Counted from the stretch's first letter, positions 11,127 through 20,943 are shown. The stretch is 64,000 nt of DNA from an uncultured Solirubrobacterales bacterium (GCA_963742945.1 CAVUNX010000010.1:7234-71233), one strand, 5' to 3'. The notes: generated by a model from the letters alone, not told the origin. A program made the numbers and translations.

Positions 11127-11390
11127 CTACCGGCGGCGCCAGGGTGCGATAGCGAGCAGTCCGTCTTCGGAGCCCAGGTCGGCGCAGGGACGGAAGGACC
11201 GAGCCTGACGGGTCGGGCGGAAGGAACGCACCTGAGGTCGCTCGCTGCGGGCATCGTTTCGAAATGTCGTTCCCACCACCGCACGGCGGGCCATCGCCCG
11301 CGCGAGGATCGCCTCGGCAACCGTCGAGGGATCCACCGCGTATTGCGAGTCTTCCACGAGTCCTCTGAGTAGGAATATCTGCCGTTGCAT
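11127..11390 (-). CDS. Small protein with FlgM (anti-sigma-28) C-terminal-like motif
   Basis: 'LLRGLVEDSQYAVDPSTVAEAILAR' resembles the FlgM consensus L+..I..G.Y.VD...IA..IL. Recognised by eye only. Confidence 0.4.
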   Translation of the reverse strand: MQRQIFLLRGLVEDSQYAVDPSTVAEAILARAMARRAVVGTTFRNDARSERPQVRSFRPTRQARSFRPCADLGSEDGLLAIAPWRRR

Positions 11391-11504
11391 GGAGGGCACC
11401 GCTATCTGTATCGGCGCCTGATCCCATGCGTTCACCACCAGCGGCCCTATCAGACAAGTGTTCGAGTAGCGCCGGTGCTGGGGCACCGCGTGAGAGAGAT
11501 GCCC

Positions 11505-11980
11505 TCAGAGATCGACCCGCTTCGCCGTCGCCTCCATCGCCTGCACACGGCCGACTATGCTGCTCAAGAGCTGATCCTGACTCTGGAGGTGGGCCTGCAG
11601 CTGTTGGCACTCGTGCAGGATCGCCTCGGCGTCCTGGTAGGTCTGAACGGCACGCTTGTCGGCAGCCCACCGAGCACCTGCTGGCCGACCATGATCGCGA
11701 TCATCAGCAGCATCTGCATGATCCCGCCGAAGACCAGCAGCATCAGCGCCCACGGATAGGGGTCTCCGAAGAGGCTCTCGCCGAGGCCTGCCATCCATAG
11801 GGCCATCGCCAAGGCGACTGCGTAGAAGGCCCACATGTTCCCCACGCCCTTCGTGATCAAAGTCGCCAGGCGACCGTTGAAGCCGACGTTCTCGTCGTCC
11901 ACCTTCGGCGGTCGCGTGCTCGCTCTCGCGGCGATTCGCGGGTGCGGCTCATATTGAAACGTTTCGACCTTCCCAGCCAT
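11505..11980 (-). CDS. DUF1003-like membrane protein (frameshift near 11665)
   Basis: 'FNGRLATLITKGVGNMW', 'IMVGQQV', then 'AADKRAVQTYQDAEAILHE' in the next frame. Confidence 0.8.
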
Positions 11981-12041
11981 GTCCGGTACTCCTCGGTCCT
12001 TTGGCGCTGCATCTGGCATCAGCGTGTTGTCTGTTGGGGGA

Positions 12042-12345
12042 TCAGTATCGCGGCAACGTAGGGGCATTGCGGGGCGAGATGGCCCACCAGCCGGTCAACG
12101 TTGTTTGGAGCCTTGGAGGTACACGACGCGATCCTCGAAGATCTTCATCGGCGAGGGCACGGATCGCGGCCACGAGCCGACCGATTCCCGCGGGCCGATG
12201 TGAGAATCTGGATGAGAGCGCGATCAACACACCCGGGTGGTGTTGGCCCGCTGCGAGGTGCTCGGCAGAGATCTGGTTGAAGTCGCCGACGTTCTCCGTG
12301 AGCACCGCGTACTCCCCTGCGATCGCCGCCGCGAAGATCGCTCAA
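12042..12345 (-). pseudogene. N-terminally truncated DUF5615/PIN-like (VapC45-like) toxin remnant
   Basis: 'AVLTENVGDF...HLAAGQHHPGVLI' matches the C-terminal half of DUF5615 proteins. The N-terminal 'LLDE' half is absent and lower-GC sequence begins upstream. Confidence 0.6.
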
Positions 12346-12407
12346 CAGCGCTCACGGGGACGAACATTTTGTCTGCTGGCAGTCGTCACCCGATTGCAAA
12401 GCGGATA

Positions 12408-13303
12408 CTACTTTGCGCTACAACCGATTCCCACGTAGGGACGCCGATCGGCTCGGACTGTGACGGCTGATATGGAGCAATACTGACCGCTTGGAAACTT
12501 GCTGCCGACCTGGTATCGGCCCGGCTTGATGGGGATGGAGAACGAACCGTCCGCTTTGGTTCTCGTGGTAAGGATGATCTTGACTTTGGACTTACGAATG
12601 TTGCCCGATGGACCGGTTACGAAGACCAGGTAGCCAGGCGCTGCATGTGATCGTTGGATCCCGTCATGGGGAGGCTTGCCTCCTCCCACTAAGACCCGTC
12701 CCACAATGGCAGAGCGGAAGGTAGTCTTACGTTTTGGAAGGGTCCAGTAGTGGCGGCTTCCGCAATTGGCTGGTTCCCAAGTTGTACAACCGTACCCAGT
12801 TTGCTCAAATCTGGCACATAGGAACCGACATAGCGGCCCTCAATAAATCCCGTGTGAACGTCAATGATTAGTCCCATCGTGGTACCGCTGGGAGCGGCAT
12901 AGCCAGACGGATGAGGCATGGGAGGCACAAAACGACCGTGCATCACAACGAGGTATGCTGAGCTATTGAGCCATGCTGAAAGCCCTGGGTCTGTTGGCGT
13001 GGGGGGTGAAGCGGAATGAGGGTCCATTACCGCTTGAGCGGCCGCAAACGAGCCGTGGCTAGCAGCGACATCGGTCGGGTTTGGCTCGTTGGCATTTAGA
13101 GCAAGGCGAAGAGCGATCTGATTGACCGCTTCAACCGAGAGCTCGGGGCCGGTCGGCGCTTCATAGTTGCCAGATGGATCCTGCGTTTGCGGCAAGGGTG
13201 TGCTCTGATCTGCGGAGGCGCCAATTGTTTGCATCAGACCCACCGCGAAAGCCATCAATGCACAGGCGGATAGCAAGATACGAACATATCCATGTTTCAG
13301 CAT
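12408..13303 (-). CDS. Secreted protein with PepSY-like region and probable C-terminal beta-sandwich (one gene if the frameshift near 12715 is corrected)
   Basis: Signal peptide, RBS GAGGAG, 'LSVEAVNQIAL' ... 'LIIDVHTGFI'. Second frame reads 'IVGRVLVGGG...TRTKADGSFSIPIKPGRYQV'. Confidence 0.55.
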
Positions 13304-13341
13304 GACACTCCTCTTGATCGATAGTTCGTTTTGCTTGCCTG

Positions 13342-14139
13342 CTAGCAGCCGGTGCCGACGCCAAATCGGATACTACCTGGATTGGGACTTTCGGGATTCA
13401 GATATCCGCACATACCGGGCCAGATTATGTTTTTTGCGGTCGTTATCGAGGCCCATGCATGCCAAGTATCATTGGGGGGCCAGACGGAAGCCACCTCGTC
13501 GAATCCACGATTGGTTGGTTGCGTGTTAGCGGCAGCCTCCGCACCCCCTATGAGCACACTCGACCAGGCAGGAAACAACCCAGAATAGGTGTGTACCAAG
13601 GTGGCTTCTGGACCCCAGTAGATGCCCCAGACGGCGTTATGGCCCGGGTCTGAAATATAATAGTTGTTAAATTCGTTTAAATTGATCGCGCCAGGTTGAT
13701 CGTACTCATAAAAATTTTTGCCGTCCGTTGTGCCTGAGTAAAATCGATGTAGGGTGCAGCAGTCTTCGCCGTTGCCGCCAACCTGACCTGCCTCCATGTA
13801 GCCGGGTAGGCCCCTAAACGCCACCCAGATCTCGTTAGAGACAAAGGCTCCCCCTTCCCATCCAGGAACGTTCATGCTGGTCGTGTCCATGTAGGCGACG
13901 GACCCGTCAACGTACTCGGTCGGATAACCCTCCATGTACCATTCTGACTCGGCATAGCAATGGTGTCCTTCGGTCTGGTCCAGGTAGCAGTTGTTGGTTG
14001 GTCCCCACTTTGCGCTTGCGGTTTGTGCGTGTGCTACAAGGGCACCGGCCGTCGCGAGACCGATACCGACGATTAGGGCCAGCAATCTTCGATCGCACAG
14101 CGGTACCGCGGTGCTACCACTGCGTCCAAGAAGTGACAT
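13342..14139 (-). CDS. Secreted neprosin-like (glutamic peptidase) domain protein
   Basis: Signal peptide (AQTASA). Ordered motifs 'NEIWV', 'YMEAGQ', 'ISDPGHNAVWGIY', 'SGLF', 'VLIGGAE' parallel neprosin QIW/IEAGW/D..GNWW/LF/WGGE. Confidence 0.5.
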   Translation of the reverse strand: MSLLGRSGSTAVPLCDRRLLALIVGIGLATAGALVAHAQTASAKWGPTNNCYLDQTEGHHCYAESEWYMEGYPTEYVDGSVAYMDTTSMNVPGWEGGAFVSNEIWVAFRGLPGYMEAGQVGGNGEDCCTLHRFYSGTTDGKNFYEYDQPGAINLNEFNNYYISDPGHNAVWGIYWGPEATLVHTYSGLFPAWSSVLIGGAEAAANTQPTNRGFDEVASVWPPNDTWHAWASITTAKNIIWPGMCGYLNPESPNPGSIRFGVGTGC

Positions 14140-14452
14140 GCTTCCCCCAGGCGTCGTTAGATCATTAGCTACCAGACGGCAGCTCATATTGCGGCCGCAA
14201 ACTGCTATCCAGAAGTAGGTGGTCAGCGCACGCCAATTTCGGACGCTCGGCATTCGTTGGATGCGATCACAACGACGTCGCGCAGAAACTTGGTACATAC
14301 CGGAAAGATATCATTATCTGGGCATTCTGGGAAGGGCGCGACCCGGCCATCGTGTCTGGTCCCGAGCCCAAGTTCTCCAAACGCTCCCAGTGGACGGGTT
14401 GAAGGTCGCCCGAACCCGGCATGGAGCCCCTGGAACCGGCGACCTTCTGCTC

Positions 14453-16096
14453 TCAGAGAAGCCCCAGCGCGCTGCCCACCCCGTGCACGAGGTTGAAGAG
14501 CGGCTGGGGGATGATGCCGAAGGCGATTGTGGCGGCGCCGGCGAGGACGGCTGTGAACACGACCTCGGGGTGGCGATGGGGGACGCTCGCGATACCGGTG
14601 GCGCCTGCCGCGCCTGGGTGGGCCTCGCCGGTCGTGGCGGGACCGGGCATTCCGCCACCGGGGCCCGGGAGCGCGGTGCTGTCGGGATCGTCGTCCAGCT
14701 CGGATGAGCCCCCGGCGATCGCGGGGATCGCGCTGGTCGGCGGAGTCGTGGTCGGCGCCGGGACCGAGTCCATCCACATCGTGGCGATCACCGGCAGGTA
14801 GTAGCCCAAGGAGATCATCGACCCCACAACGATCACGACGCCGAGCCAGGTGTAGCCGCCCGAGACGGCGGCGTCGATGAGGTAGAACTTGCCGATGAAG
14901 CCCGCCGTGGCCGGGATGCCGGCGAGTGCGAGCATCGAGATCGTCATCGGCCAGGCGAGCCAGGGGCGCTCGCGGCCGAGGCCGGCCATCGCCTGGACGT
15001 TGTCGCCCAGCTCCGTTTCGCGCTCCCTTGCGACGATCACCGCGAAGGCCGCCATGTTCATCGCCAGGTACACGGCCAGATAGAAAACCATCGCCTGCGC
15101 TCCGAGCTGAGTGGCCACGACGACGCCGGCGAGCATGTAGCCGGCCTGGGCCACCGAGGAGTAGGCGAGCATGCGCTTCAGCGAGGACTGCCCGAGCGCC
15201 CCCACGTTGCCCACGAGGATCGTGATCGTGGCGAGCGCCGCCAGCGCAGGGCCCCAGCTCGCGTGGGCTTCGATCAGGGCGACATCGAACAGACGCAAGA
15301 GCACCCCGAGCGCGGCCACCTTCGTCGCCACCGCCATGAACGCGGTGATCGGCGTCGGTGCCCCCTCGTATACGTCGGGGGTCCACTGGTGGAATGGGGC
15401 CACCGAGGCCTTGAAGGCGAGCCCGGCCACGCACAGGGCGATCCCCGTGAGCAGCATCGCGTTGGTTGCCAACCCGCTGCCGGTGATGGCGCCCGCGATC
15501 GCGCCGAAGTCCGTCGCTCCGGTGGAGCCGTACAGCAGGGCGATCCCGTACAGCAGAGTGGCAGAGCCGACAGAGCCCACGATCAGGTACTTGAGCCCCG
15601 CCTCGAGCGAATGCTCGTTGCGCATCTCCGTGGCGCACAGCACGTACAGGGGGATCGAGAGGAGCTCGAGTCCGAGGAACAGGGCGACCGTGTTCTGGGC
15701 GGCGGCGAGCAGCGCCATGCCGCCGATGCTCGTGAGCAGCATGGCATGCAGCTCTCCGTGCGCGGCTTCCTGAGCGGCCCTCGAGCGCCAGGCGAGCAGC
15801 ACGGTGGCGATGCCGCCGGCCGCGAGGATCAGGTTCAGCGTCAGCGACAGGCGGTCGATCCGCAGGGCTCCCGAGACGACCGACTCGGGCGTGTTCCAGC
15901 GCCAGATCGTCAGGCCGAGCGCGGCGCCCAACGCACCGAGCGCGAGGGCAGGCACGAGTTGCTCGCGTACCCAGCGTGAGCCGAGCAGGCCGACGAGCAG
16001 CACCACGATCGCTCCCCCGAACAGGGCGATCAGCGGCGAGAGCGCCGCGAAGTCCACGTGAGGGCCTTTGAGATGGGCGGTGGCAAGCGGAGTCAT
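14453..16096 (-). CDS. nuoN: NADH-quinone oxidoreductase subunit N
   Basis: 'EAGLKY', 'PFHQWTPDVYEGAPTP', 'KRMLAYSS'. Last gene of the nuo operon. Confidence 0.95.
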   Translation of the reverse strand: MTPLATAHLKGPHVDFAALSPLIALFGGAIVVLLVGLLGSRWVREQLVPALALGALGAALGLTIWRWNTPESVVSGALRIDRLSLTLNLILAAGGIATVLLAWRSRAAQEAAHGELHAMLLTSIGGMALLAAAQNTVALFLGLELLSIPLYVLCATEMRNEHSLEAGLKYLIVGSVGSATLLYGIALLYGSTGATDFGAIAGAITGSGLATNAMLLTGIALCVAGLAFKASVAPFHQWTPDVYEGAPTPITAFMAVATKVAALGVLLRLFDVALIEAHASWGPALAALATITILVGNVGALGQSSLKRMLAYSSVAQAGYMLAGVVVATQLGAQAMVFYLAVYLAMNMAAFAVIVARERETELGDNVQAMAGLGRERPWLAWPMTISMLALAGIPATAGFIGKFYLIDAAVSGGYTWLGVVIVVGSMISLGYYLPVIATMWMDSVPAPTTTPPTSAIPAIAGGSSELDDDPDSTALPGPGGGMPGPATTGEAHPGAAGATGIASVPHRHPEVVFTAVLAGAATIAFGIIPQPLFNLVHGVGSALGLL

Positions 16097-17718
16097 GGTT
16101 CAGTCGTGGCGAGTGCCGAGGGACCTGCGGTCAGGTCGGTATGCGCGGCCGCGACGGAGGCCGTGACCGAGCGTTCAGAGCGCTTCAAGGCCCCCTGCGG
16201 ATAGAGAGCGAGGAACACGATCACCGCGAGCAGCGGTACGAGCACCATCGCGTCCATTCGCGTGAGCTCTCGCGATTTCACCCCGATGCCGACGCGATTG
16301 TGCATCGCCCCGATGAACAGCCGCAAGGCATATACGCTTGCCATCACCACGCCCGCGAAGGCGATCGCGGCGATCGCGAGCTTCGCGTTGAAGACCCCCA
16401 ACAGGATCAGGAACTCGCCGACGAAGTTGGCCGAGCCGGGGATCGCGAGCGTCGCCAAGGCGACCACGAGGAAGATCGTGGCGAGCAGGGGCGCCCGGAA
16501 AGCGATGCCGCCCATCTCGCGTATGTCCCGCGAGCCCCCGGCGCGCTCTGCCAGCAGCGCCACGATGAAGAAGATGGGAGCCACCACAAGGCCGTGGTTG
16601 ACCATCTGCAGCAACGCCCCCTGCGCGCCCTGTGGGTTCAGGGCGAAGATCCCCAGCGTGATGAAGCCGAGCTGGGCCACCGAGGAGTAGCCGGCGATCA
16701 GGCGGGCGTGGGTTTGGGTGAAGGCCATCGCCGACCCGTACAGGATCGACAGCAAGGCGACGACGAGCATCAGAGTCTGAAAGTGGGCCGAGGCCTGGGG
16801 GAAGAGCGGCAGGACGATCGCCAGGAAACCGTATGCGCCAACCTTGGAGAGCACCCCCGAGAACACCATCAGGACCTCGGTAGGCATCGCTCGATAGCCG
16901 TCGGGCATCCAGCCGTGTAGCGGGAACGCAGGCATCTTCACGAGGAAGGCGGCGGCGAAGAACAGGAAGATCCACTCCTGTGAGCCCCTGCTGAGCGGCA
17001 GGGCCTGGAGCTGTGAGAGCACGAATGTGATGTGCCCGCCGTTCTGCTCCCCCGCCAGCACCCCAGTGGCGATTGCGGCCGCGAGCATCAGGAGGGAGCC
17101 GACGAGCGTGTAGATGACGAGCTTGATCGTGGCTTTCACGCGATCCGCTCCCGGGCGGGTGGTGTCCCCGGTCAAGATCAGGAAGTAGAAGGGGATCAGC
17201 ATCAGGTCGAAGAAGGCCACGAACAGGGCCAGGTCCTGGGCGAGGAAGGCGCCGAGCACCGCGGACTCGGCGAGCATCATGTGGAAGTAGAAGAGGCGGG
17301 GGCGGTCGGGTGACTGGGAGGTCAATCGGAGGTTGGCGGCGAGGATGGCCGCGAAGAACAGCAGCGCCGTGAGGCCCACCAGCAGCACGTTCAGGCCGCT
17401 CACCCCGAGCTTGTAGTGGATGCCCAACTCAGAGATCCACACGATGTCGGTCACGTCCCTCAGTCCGTCCGAGCCCGGCCCGTACTGGACTATGTAGGCA
17501 ATCGCCAGTCCGAGCGCCGCGACCGTGCCCGCGAGCGCGAGCAAGCCCGGCATGGCCCATCGGCGGACGGCTGCTCCCGAGTCAGTTGGGTCGGTGTCCG
17601 AAATTGGGCTGTCCCATGCGTGTGCGCGCCCGCCCGCGTGGGACAGCCGATTTGGAAGCAATGCACCCACGAGGCCGCAGAGCGCGGGGAGCCAGATCAG
17701 TATCGAAAGCGGTGGCAT
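16093..17718 (-). CDS. nuoM: NADH-quinone oxidoreductase subunit M
   Basis: 'VKMPAFPLHGWMPD', 'GYSSVAQLG', 'PGSANFVGE'. Confidence 0.95.
   Translation of the reverse strand: MPPLSILIWLPALCGLVGALLPNRLSHAGGRAHAWDSPISDTDPTDSGAAVRRWAMPGLLALAGTVAALGLAIAYIVQYGPGSDGLRDVTDIVWISELGIHYKLGVSGLNVLLVGLTALLFFAAILAANLRLTSQSPDRPRLFYFHMMLAESAVLGAFLAQDLALFVAFFDLMLIPFYFLILTGDTTRPGADRVKATIKLVIYTLVGSLLMLAAAIATGVLAGEQNGGHITFVLSQLQALPLSRGSQEWIFLFFAAAFLVKMPAFPLHGWMPDGYRAMPTEVLMVFSGVLSKVGAYGFLAIVLPLFPQASAHFQTLMLVVALLSILYGSAMAFTQTHARLIAGYSSVAQLGFITLGIFALNPQGAQGALLQMVNHGLVVAPIFFIVALLAERAGGSRDIREMGGIAFRAPLLATIFLVVALATLAIPGSANFVGEFLILLGVFNAKLAIAAIAFAGVVMASVYALRLFIGAMHNRVGIGVKSRELTRMDAMVLVPLLAVIVFLALYPQGALKRSERSVTASVAAAHTDLTAGPSALATTEP
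17601..17658. repeat. Palindromic (REP-like) element, in frame within nuoM
   Basis: Stem GGCTGTCCCA 17607-17616 / TGGGACAGCC 17639-17648. The 24-mer 17635-17658 is 23/24 identical to the reverse complement of 20271-20294. Confidence 0.75.
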
Positions 17719-17722
17719 CAGC

Positions 17723-19768
17723 TCACGTCTGCAACAGGAAGTAGAGGCCGAGCGCCGCGACACCGAGCACGACAAGGGCGGCGTAGTAGCGCAACAGCCC
17801 GGTTTGCACTGCCCTCACCGAGGCCGATCCGGCGCGCACGAGCGACGTGGCCCCTCCCACGATTGCTCCATCCACAAACACGCGCTCGAATGTCGTACTC
17901 GCGAACCGGCCGGCGGCGGCCATGGGCCGAACGACGAGCGCGGCGATCAGCTCGTCGAAGTACCACTTGTTCACGAACAGCGTGTACAGCGGCTCCAAGC
18001 GAGTGCGCGCGGCCACGGCGATCGAGGGCTGCTTGACCCAGATGCGCCAGGCGATCGCGATACCGGCAAGGCCGAGCACTGTGCCGAGGATCAGCCCCAG
18101 GACGAGCAGGCCGTCGCGCGTGTGGACTTCGTAGAGCGCCGAGCCGACGAAGCTCGGCTTGAGGAAGTCGTCGATCACAAAGTCCACTTCCGGGATCTGC
18201 ACGAGCCCGGCGCCGACGGCGCCGACGGCGAGAATGCTCATCGCCACGCGCATCGGCAGGGCGCGCTCGGCGATCGCGTGGGTGGGCCCCGGGAAGCCGA
18301 CATCGGTGTCCTCGACTTCGCCGCTCGCCGGATTGGTGGGCTCGGCGGCGTGGTGAAGATGGCCGCCTTCGCCTGCCGGTCCCCCGTCACGGGGGGTGCC
18401 CGTCAGGGTGAGCTCCCTGGCCTCCTCGACGGGATCGCCATAGAAGGCCCTGAAGATCATCCTGAACGTGTATATCGCGGTCATGAACGCGCCGATGTAG
18501 CCGAGCACGTACAGCGCCCAGTGCCAGCCCCCGCGCTCGCCCGTGACGAGCAGGATCTCGTCCTTTGAGAAGAAGCCAGAGAAGGGGGGGATGCCCGACA
18601 GCGCCAGACCCCCGATCACAAAGCACGCGAACGTGAACGGCATCGCCCGGCGAAAGCCTTTCATGCGGTCGAGCGACTGCTCCCCGGCCATTGCGCCGAT
18701 GATCGAGCCGGCCCCCATGAACAGGAGCGCCTTGAAGAAGGCGTGGGTCATCAGGTGGAACATCCCCGCGGCATAGGCCCCAACGGAGACCCCCATGATC
18801 ATGTAGCCGATCTGCGACATCGTCGAATAGGCGATCACGCGCTTGATGTCGGTCTGGGTGAGCGCGATCGTGGCGGCCACGATCAGGGTCGCGCAGCCGA
18901 TCACCGCGCCCACGTCCTGTGCGGCGGGGGCCAGTTCGAAGAAGGGGTGCATCCGCGCGATCAGGTACACGCCCGCCGTCACCATTGTGGCGGCGTGAAT
19001 CAACGCGCTGACGGGCGTCGGGCCCTCCATCGCGTCGGGGAGCCAGGTGTGCAGCGGGATCTGGGCCGACTTCGCGAACGCCCCGACGAGCAGCAGCAGG
19101 CAGCCGGCGACCACGTCGCCTTCGCCGCTCGTGAACACGTTCGGCGCGGCCTTGAACGCTCTCAGGAAGTCGAGCGTGCCCGTGTGCTTGAAGAGGAAGT
19201 ACGTCCCCAGCACGAGCCCCACGTCGCCGACGACGTTGATCACGAACGCCTTGATCCCGGCCTTCGTGGCGGTGCTTCGCCGGTACCAGAAGGAGATCAG
19301 CAGATAGGAGGCGGCCCCCACAAACGCCCAGCCCACGATCAACAGCAGGAAGTTGCCCGCCAGGACGAGCAGCAGCATCGAGAAGACGAAGAAGTTGAGG
19401 TAGGCGAAGTAGCGCGCGAAGCCCCGATCCTCGTCGAGGTAGGAGACCGAATAGAGGTGGATCGTCGTTGACACCCCCGTGACGATCAGGATCATGAAGA
19501 CGGAGAGCGGATCGACCAGGATCGACATCTGCGCGTCGATGCCCACCGTGCTCGCGTAGTTCCACAGCGAGGAGACGAGTTGGCGATGGTCGCCCGCGTG
19601 GCCCTGGAGTGAGATCAGCGCGCCGAGGGCCGCCAGGAAGGCCAGTCCGATAGCTGCGGTGCCGATCCAACCGGCTGTGCGGCCGGGCAACTTGCGGTAC
19701 CCGGCACCTATCACCAGGGTTCCCAGCAAGGGAAAGGCCAATACCAGCCAGCCGTATGTGGTTGTCAC
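17723..19768 (-). CDS. nuoL: NADH-quinone oxidoreductase subunit L
   Basis: 'AKSAQIPLHTWLPDAMEGPTPVSALIHAATMV', 'HAFFKALLF'. Confidence 0.97.
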   Translation of the reverse strand: MTTTYGWLVLAFPLLGTLVIGAGYRKLPGRTAGWIGTAAIGLAFLAALGALISLQGHAGDHRQLVSSLWNYASTVGIDAQMSILVDPLSVFMILIVTGVSTTIHLYSVSYLDEDRGFARYFAYLNFFVFSMLLLVLAGNFLLLIVGWAFVGAASYLLISFWYRRSTATKAGIKAFVINVVGDVGLVLGTYFLFKHTGTLDFLRAFKAAPNVFTSGEGDVVAGCLLLLVGAFAKSAQIPLHTWLPDAMEGPTPVSALIHAATMVTAGVYLIARMHPFFELAPAAQDVGAVIGCATLIVAATIALTQTDIKRVIAYSTMSQIGYMIMGVSVGAYAAGMFHLMTHAFFKALLFMGAGSIIGAMAGEQSLDRMKGFRRAMPFTFACFVIGGLALSGIPPFSGFFSKDEILLVTGERGGWHWALYVLGYIGAFMTAIYTFRMIFRAFYGDPVEEARELTLTGTPRDGGPAGEGGHLHHAAEPTNPASGEVEDTDVGFPGPTHAIAERALPMRVAMSILAVGAVGAGLVQIPEVDFVIDDFLKPSFVGSALYEVHTRDGLLVLGLILGTVLGLAGIAIAWRIWVKQPSIAVAARTRLEPLYTLFVNKWYFDELIAALVVRPMAAAGRFASTTFERVFVDGAIVGGATSLVRAGSASVRAVQTGLLRYYAALVVLGVAALGLYFLLQT

Positions 19769-19836
19769 AGGGACAGCCCCCCGATCACCGGCTCGAACGC
19801 AACTGCTGTCACCGACAGGGCTCGTTTGGCGATCAC
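19765..19836 (-). other. 23-aa mini-ORF MIAKRALSVTAVAFEPVIGGLSL, coupled to nuoL
   Basis: GTG at 19836 overlaps the stop of the upstream mini-ORF. Its TGA (19765-19767) overlaps the nuoL GTG (19768). Confidence 0.45.
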
Positions 19837-19901
19837 CGGGACAGCCCCCCGCGGATGTCGCGGAGCGTCTCTGTCACCAGCGGGAACGAACGGCGGATCA
19901 T
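19833..19901 (-). other. 22-aa mini-ORF MIRRSFPLVTETLRDIRGGLSR, coupled to nuoK
   Basis: ATG at 19901 overlaps the nuoK TGA (ATGA). Ends in GTGA overlapping the next mini-ORF. Confidence 0.45.
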
Positions 19902-20197
19902 CCTTGCAACTCCCGTAGCTCGTCCACGTCGATCGGCAGGCGCCGGCGATGGATCGCCACGATCATGCCGAGCCCTATGCACACCTCGCACGCCGCGACG
20001 GTCATGACGATGATCGCGAGGATCTGACCGTCGCCGTTGCCCCACATGCGCGAGAAGGCGATCAGCGAGAGGTTGGCGCCGTTGAGCATCAGCTCCAGGC
20101 ACAGGAGCACGACGAGCGGGTTGCGACGTGTCATCACGCCGAACGCCCCAGTGCAGAAGACGATCGCCGAGACGGCGAGGTACCAGCCGATGCTCAC
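19898..20197 (-). CDS. nuoK: NADH-quinone oxidoreductase subunit K
   Basis: 99 aa, 'LLCLELMLNGANL', 'VAACEVCIGL'. Confidence 0.95.
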   Translation of the reverse strand: MSIGWYLAVSAIVFCTGAFGVMTRRNPLVVLLCLELMLNGANLSLIAFSRMWGNGDGQILAIIVMTVAACEVCIGLGMIVAIHRRRLPIDVDELRELQG

Positions 20198-20943
20198 CAG
20201 CCGCCCCCGTCCGCCTGTCCCCCGTCATGGGGGGGGTTGGGTCGTCTCCCGCCACGGGGGGGGCTGTCCTCTTCCAAATCGGCTGCCCCACGCGCGTGCG
20301 CGAGCGCGAGCCCTTCGACGCCCTCGACCATCGTCCCCGTGCCGCGCGGGCGCAGGAGGTCAAGCGGCGTGAGCCGGTCGCGCTCGTCCTGCTCCTCGTC
20401 GAGGCCCCCACGCCTGCGCGCCAACACCACACCTCCGACGGCGGCGATCAGCAGCAGGAGCGAGGCGGCCTCGAACACGAGCAGGAATCGCGTCAGCAGC
20501 AGATTGCCGATGTATGCGGGTGTCCCGAATGTTCTCGGCCCCGGGGCATATGGAGCGCCGCTGCCTTCGACCGCCTTCAGCCCGCTGCCGAGCAGCGCGA
20601 TCAACAGCTCGACGAGCAGCGCCCCCGCGAACAGTGCCCCGGTCGGCTTGCGCCCATCGGCCCCGCGCGAGCGCGCCCGGCGTGTGAGCCCGCCGTCGAG
20701 CGACTGCTCCTCGCCCCCGACATAGGCCACGACGAACACGTACAGGACCATCACGGCGCCCGCATACACGACCACCTGCGCGGCCGCCACGAATTCGGCG
20801 CGCAACAGCAGGAACAACACCGCCAGCGAGAGCAGATGCCCGACGAGCGCGAGCACGCTGTAGAAGGGGTTGCTGAGCGTCACCACGCCGATGGCGCCCG
20901 CGATCACGCCGATCGCGGCGATGAAGAACACGATCGAGCTCAC
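20194..20943 (-). CDS. nuoJ: NADH-quinone oxidoreductase subunit J
   Basis: '[22 protein letters not shown]', 'FEAASLLLL'. Extended low-complexity tail. Confidence 0.93.
   Translation of the reverse strand: MSSIVFFIAAIGVIAGAIGVVTLSNPFYSVLALVGHLLSLAVLFLLLRAEFVAAAQVVVYAGAVMVLYVFVVAYVGGEEQSLDGGLTRRARSRGADGRKPTGALFAGALLVELLIALLGSGLKAVEGSGAPYAPGPRTFGTPAYIGNLLLTRFLLVFEAASLLLLIAAVGGVVLARRRGGLDEEQDERDRLTPLDLLRPRGTGTMVEGVEGLALAHARGAADLEEDSPPRGGRRPNPPHDGGQADGGGW
20218..20300. repeat. Copy of the palindromic element plus two C/G-run mini-hairpins in the nuoJ 3' tail
   Basis: cttccaaatcggctgccccacgcg (20271-20294), gggggggctgtcc (~20257-20269) and cccccgtcatgggggg (~20219-20234). The last also occurs as cccccgtcacgggggg in nuoL at ~18381. 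Confidence 0.6.

Noticed and set aside
14306-14319. AGATA-tcat-TATCT palindrome (partial Fur-box likeness) upstream of the neprosin-like gene
   Set aside because: Too short and single-copy to distinguish from chance or a -10 element.
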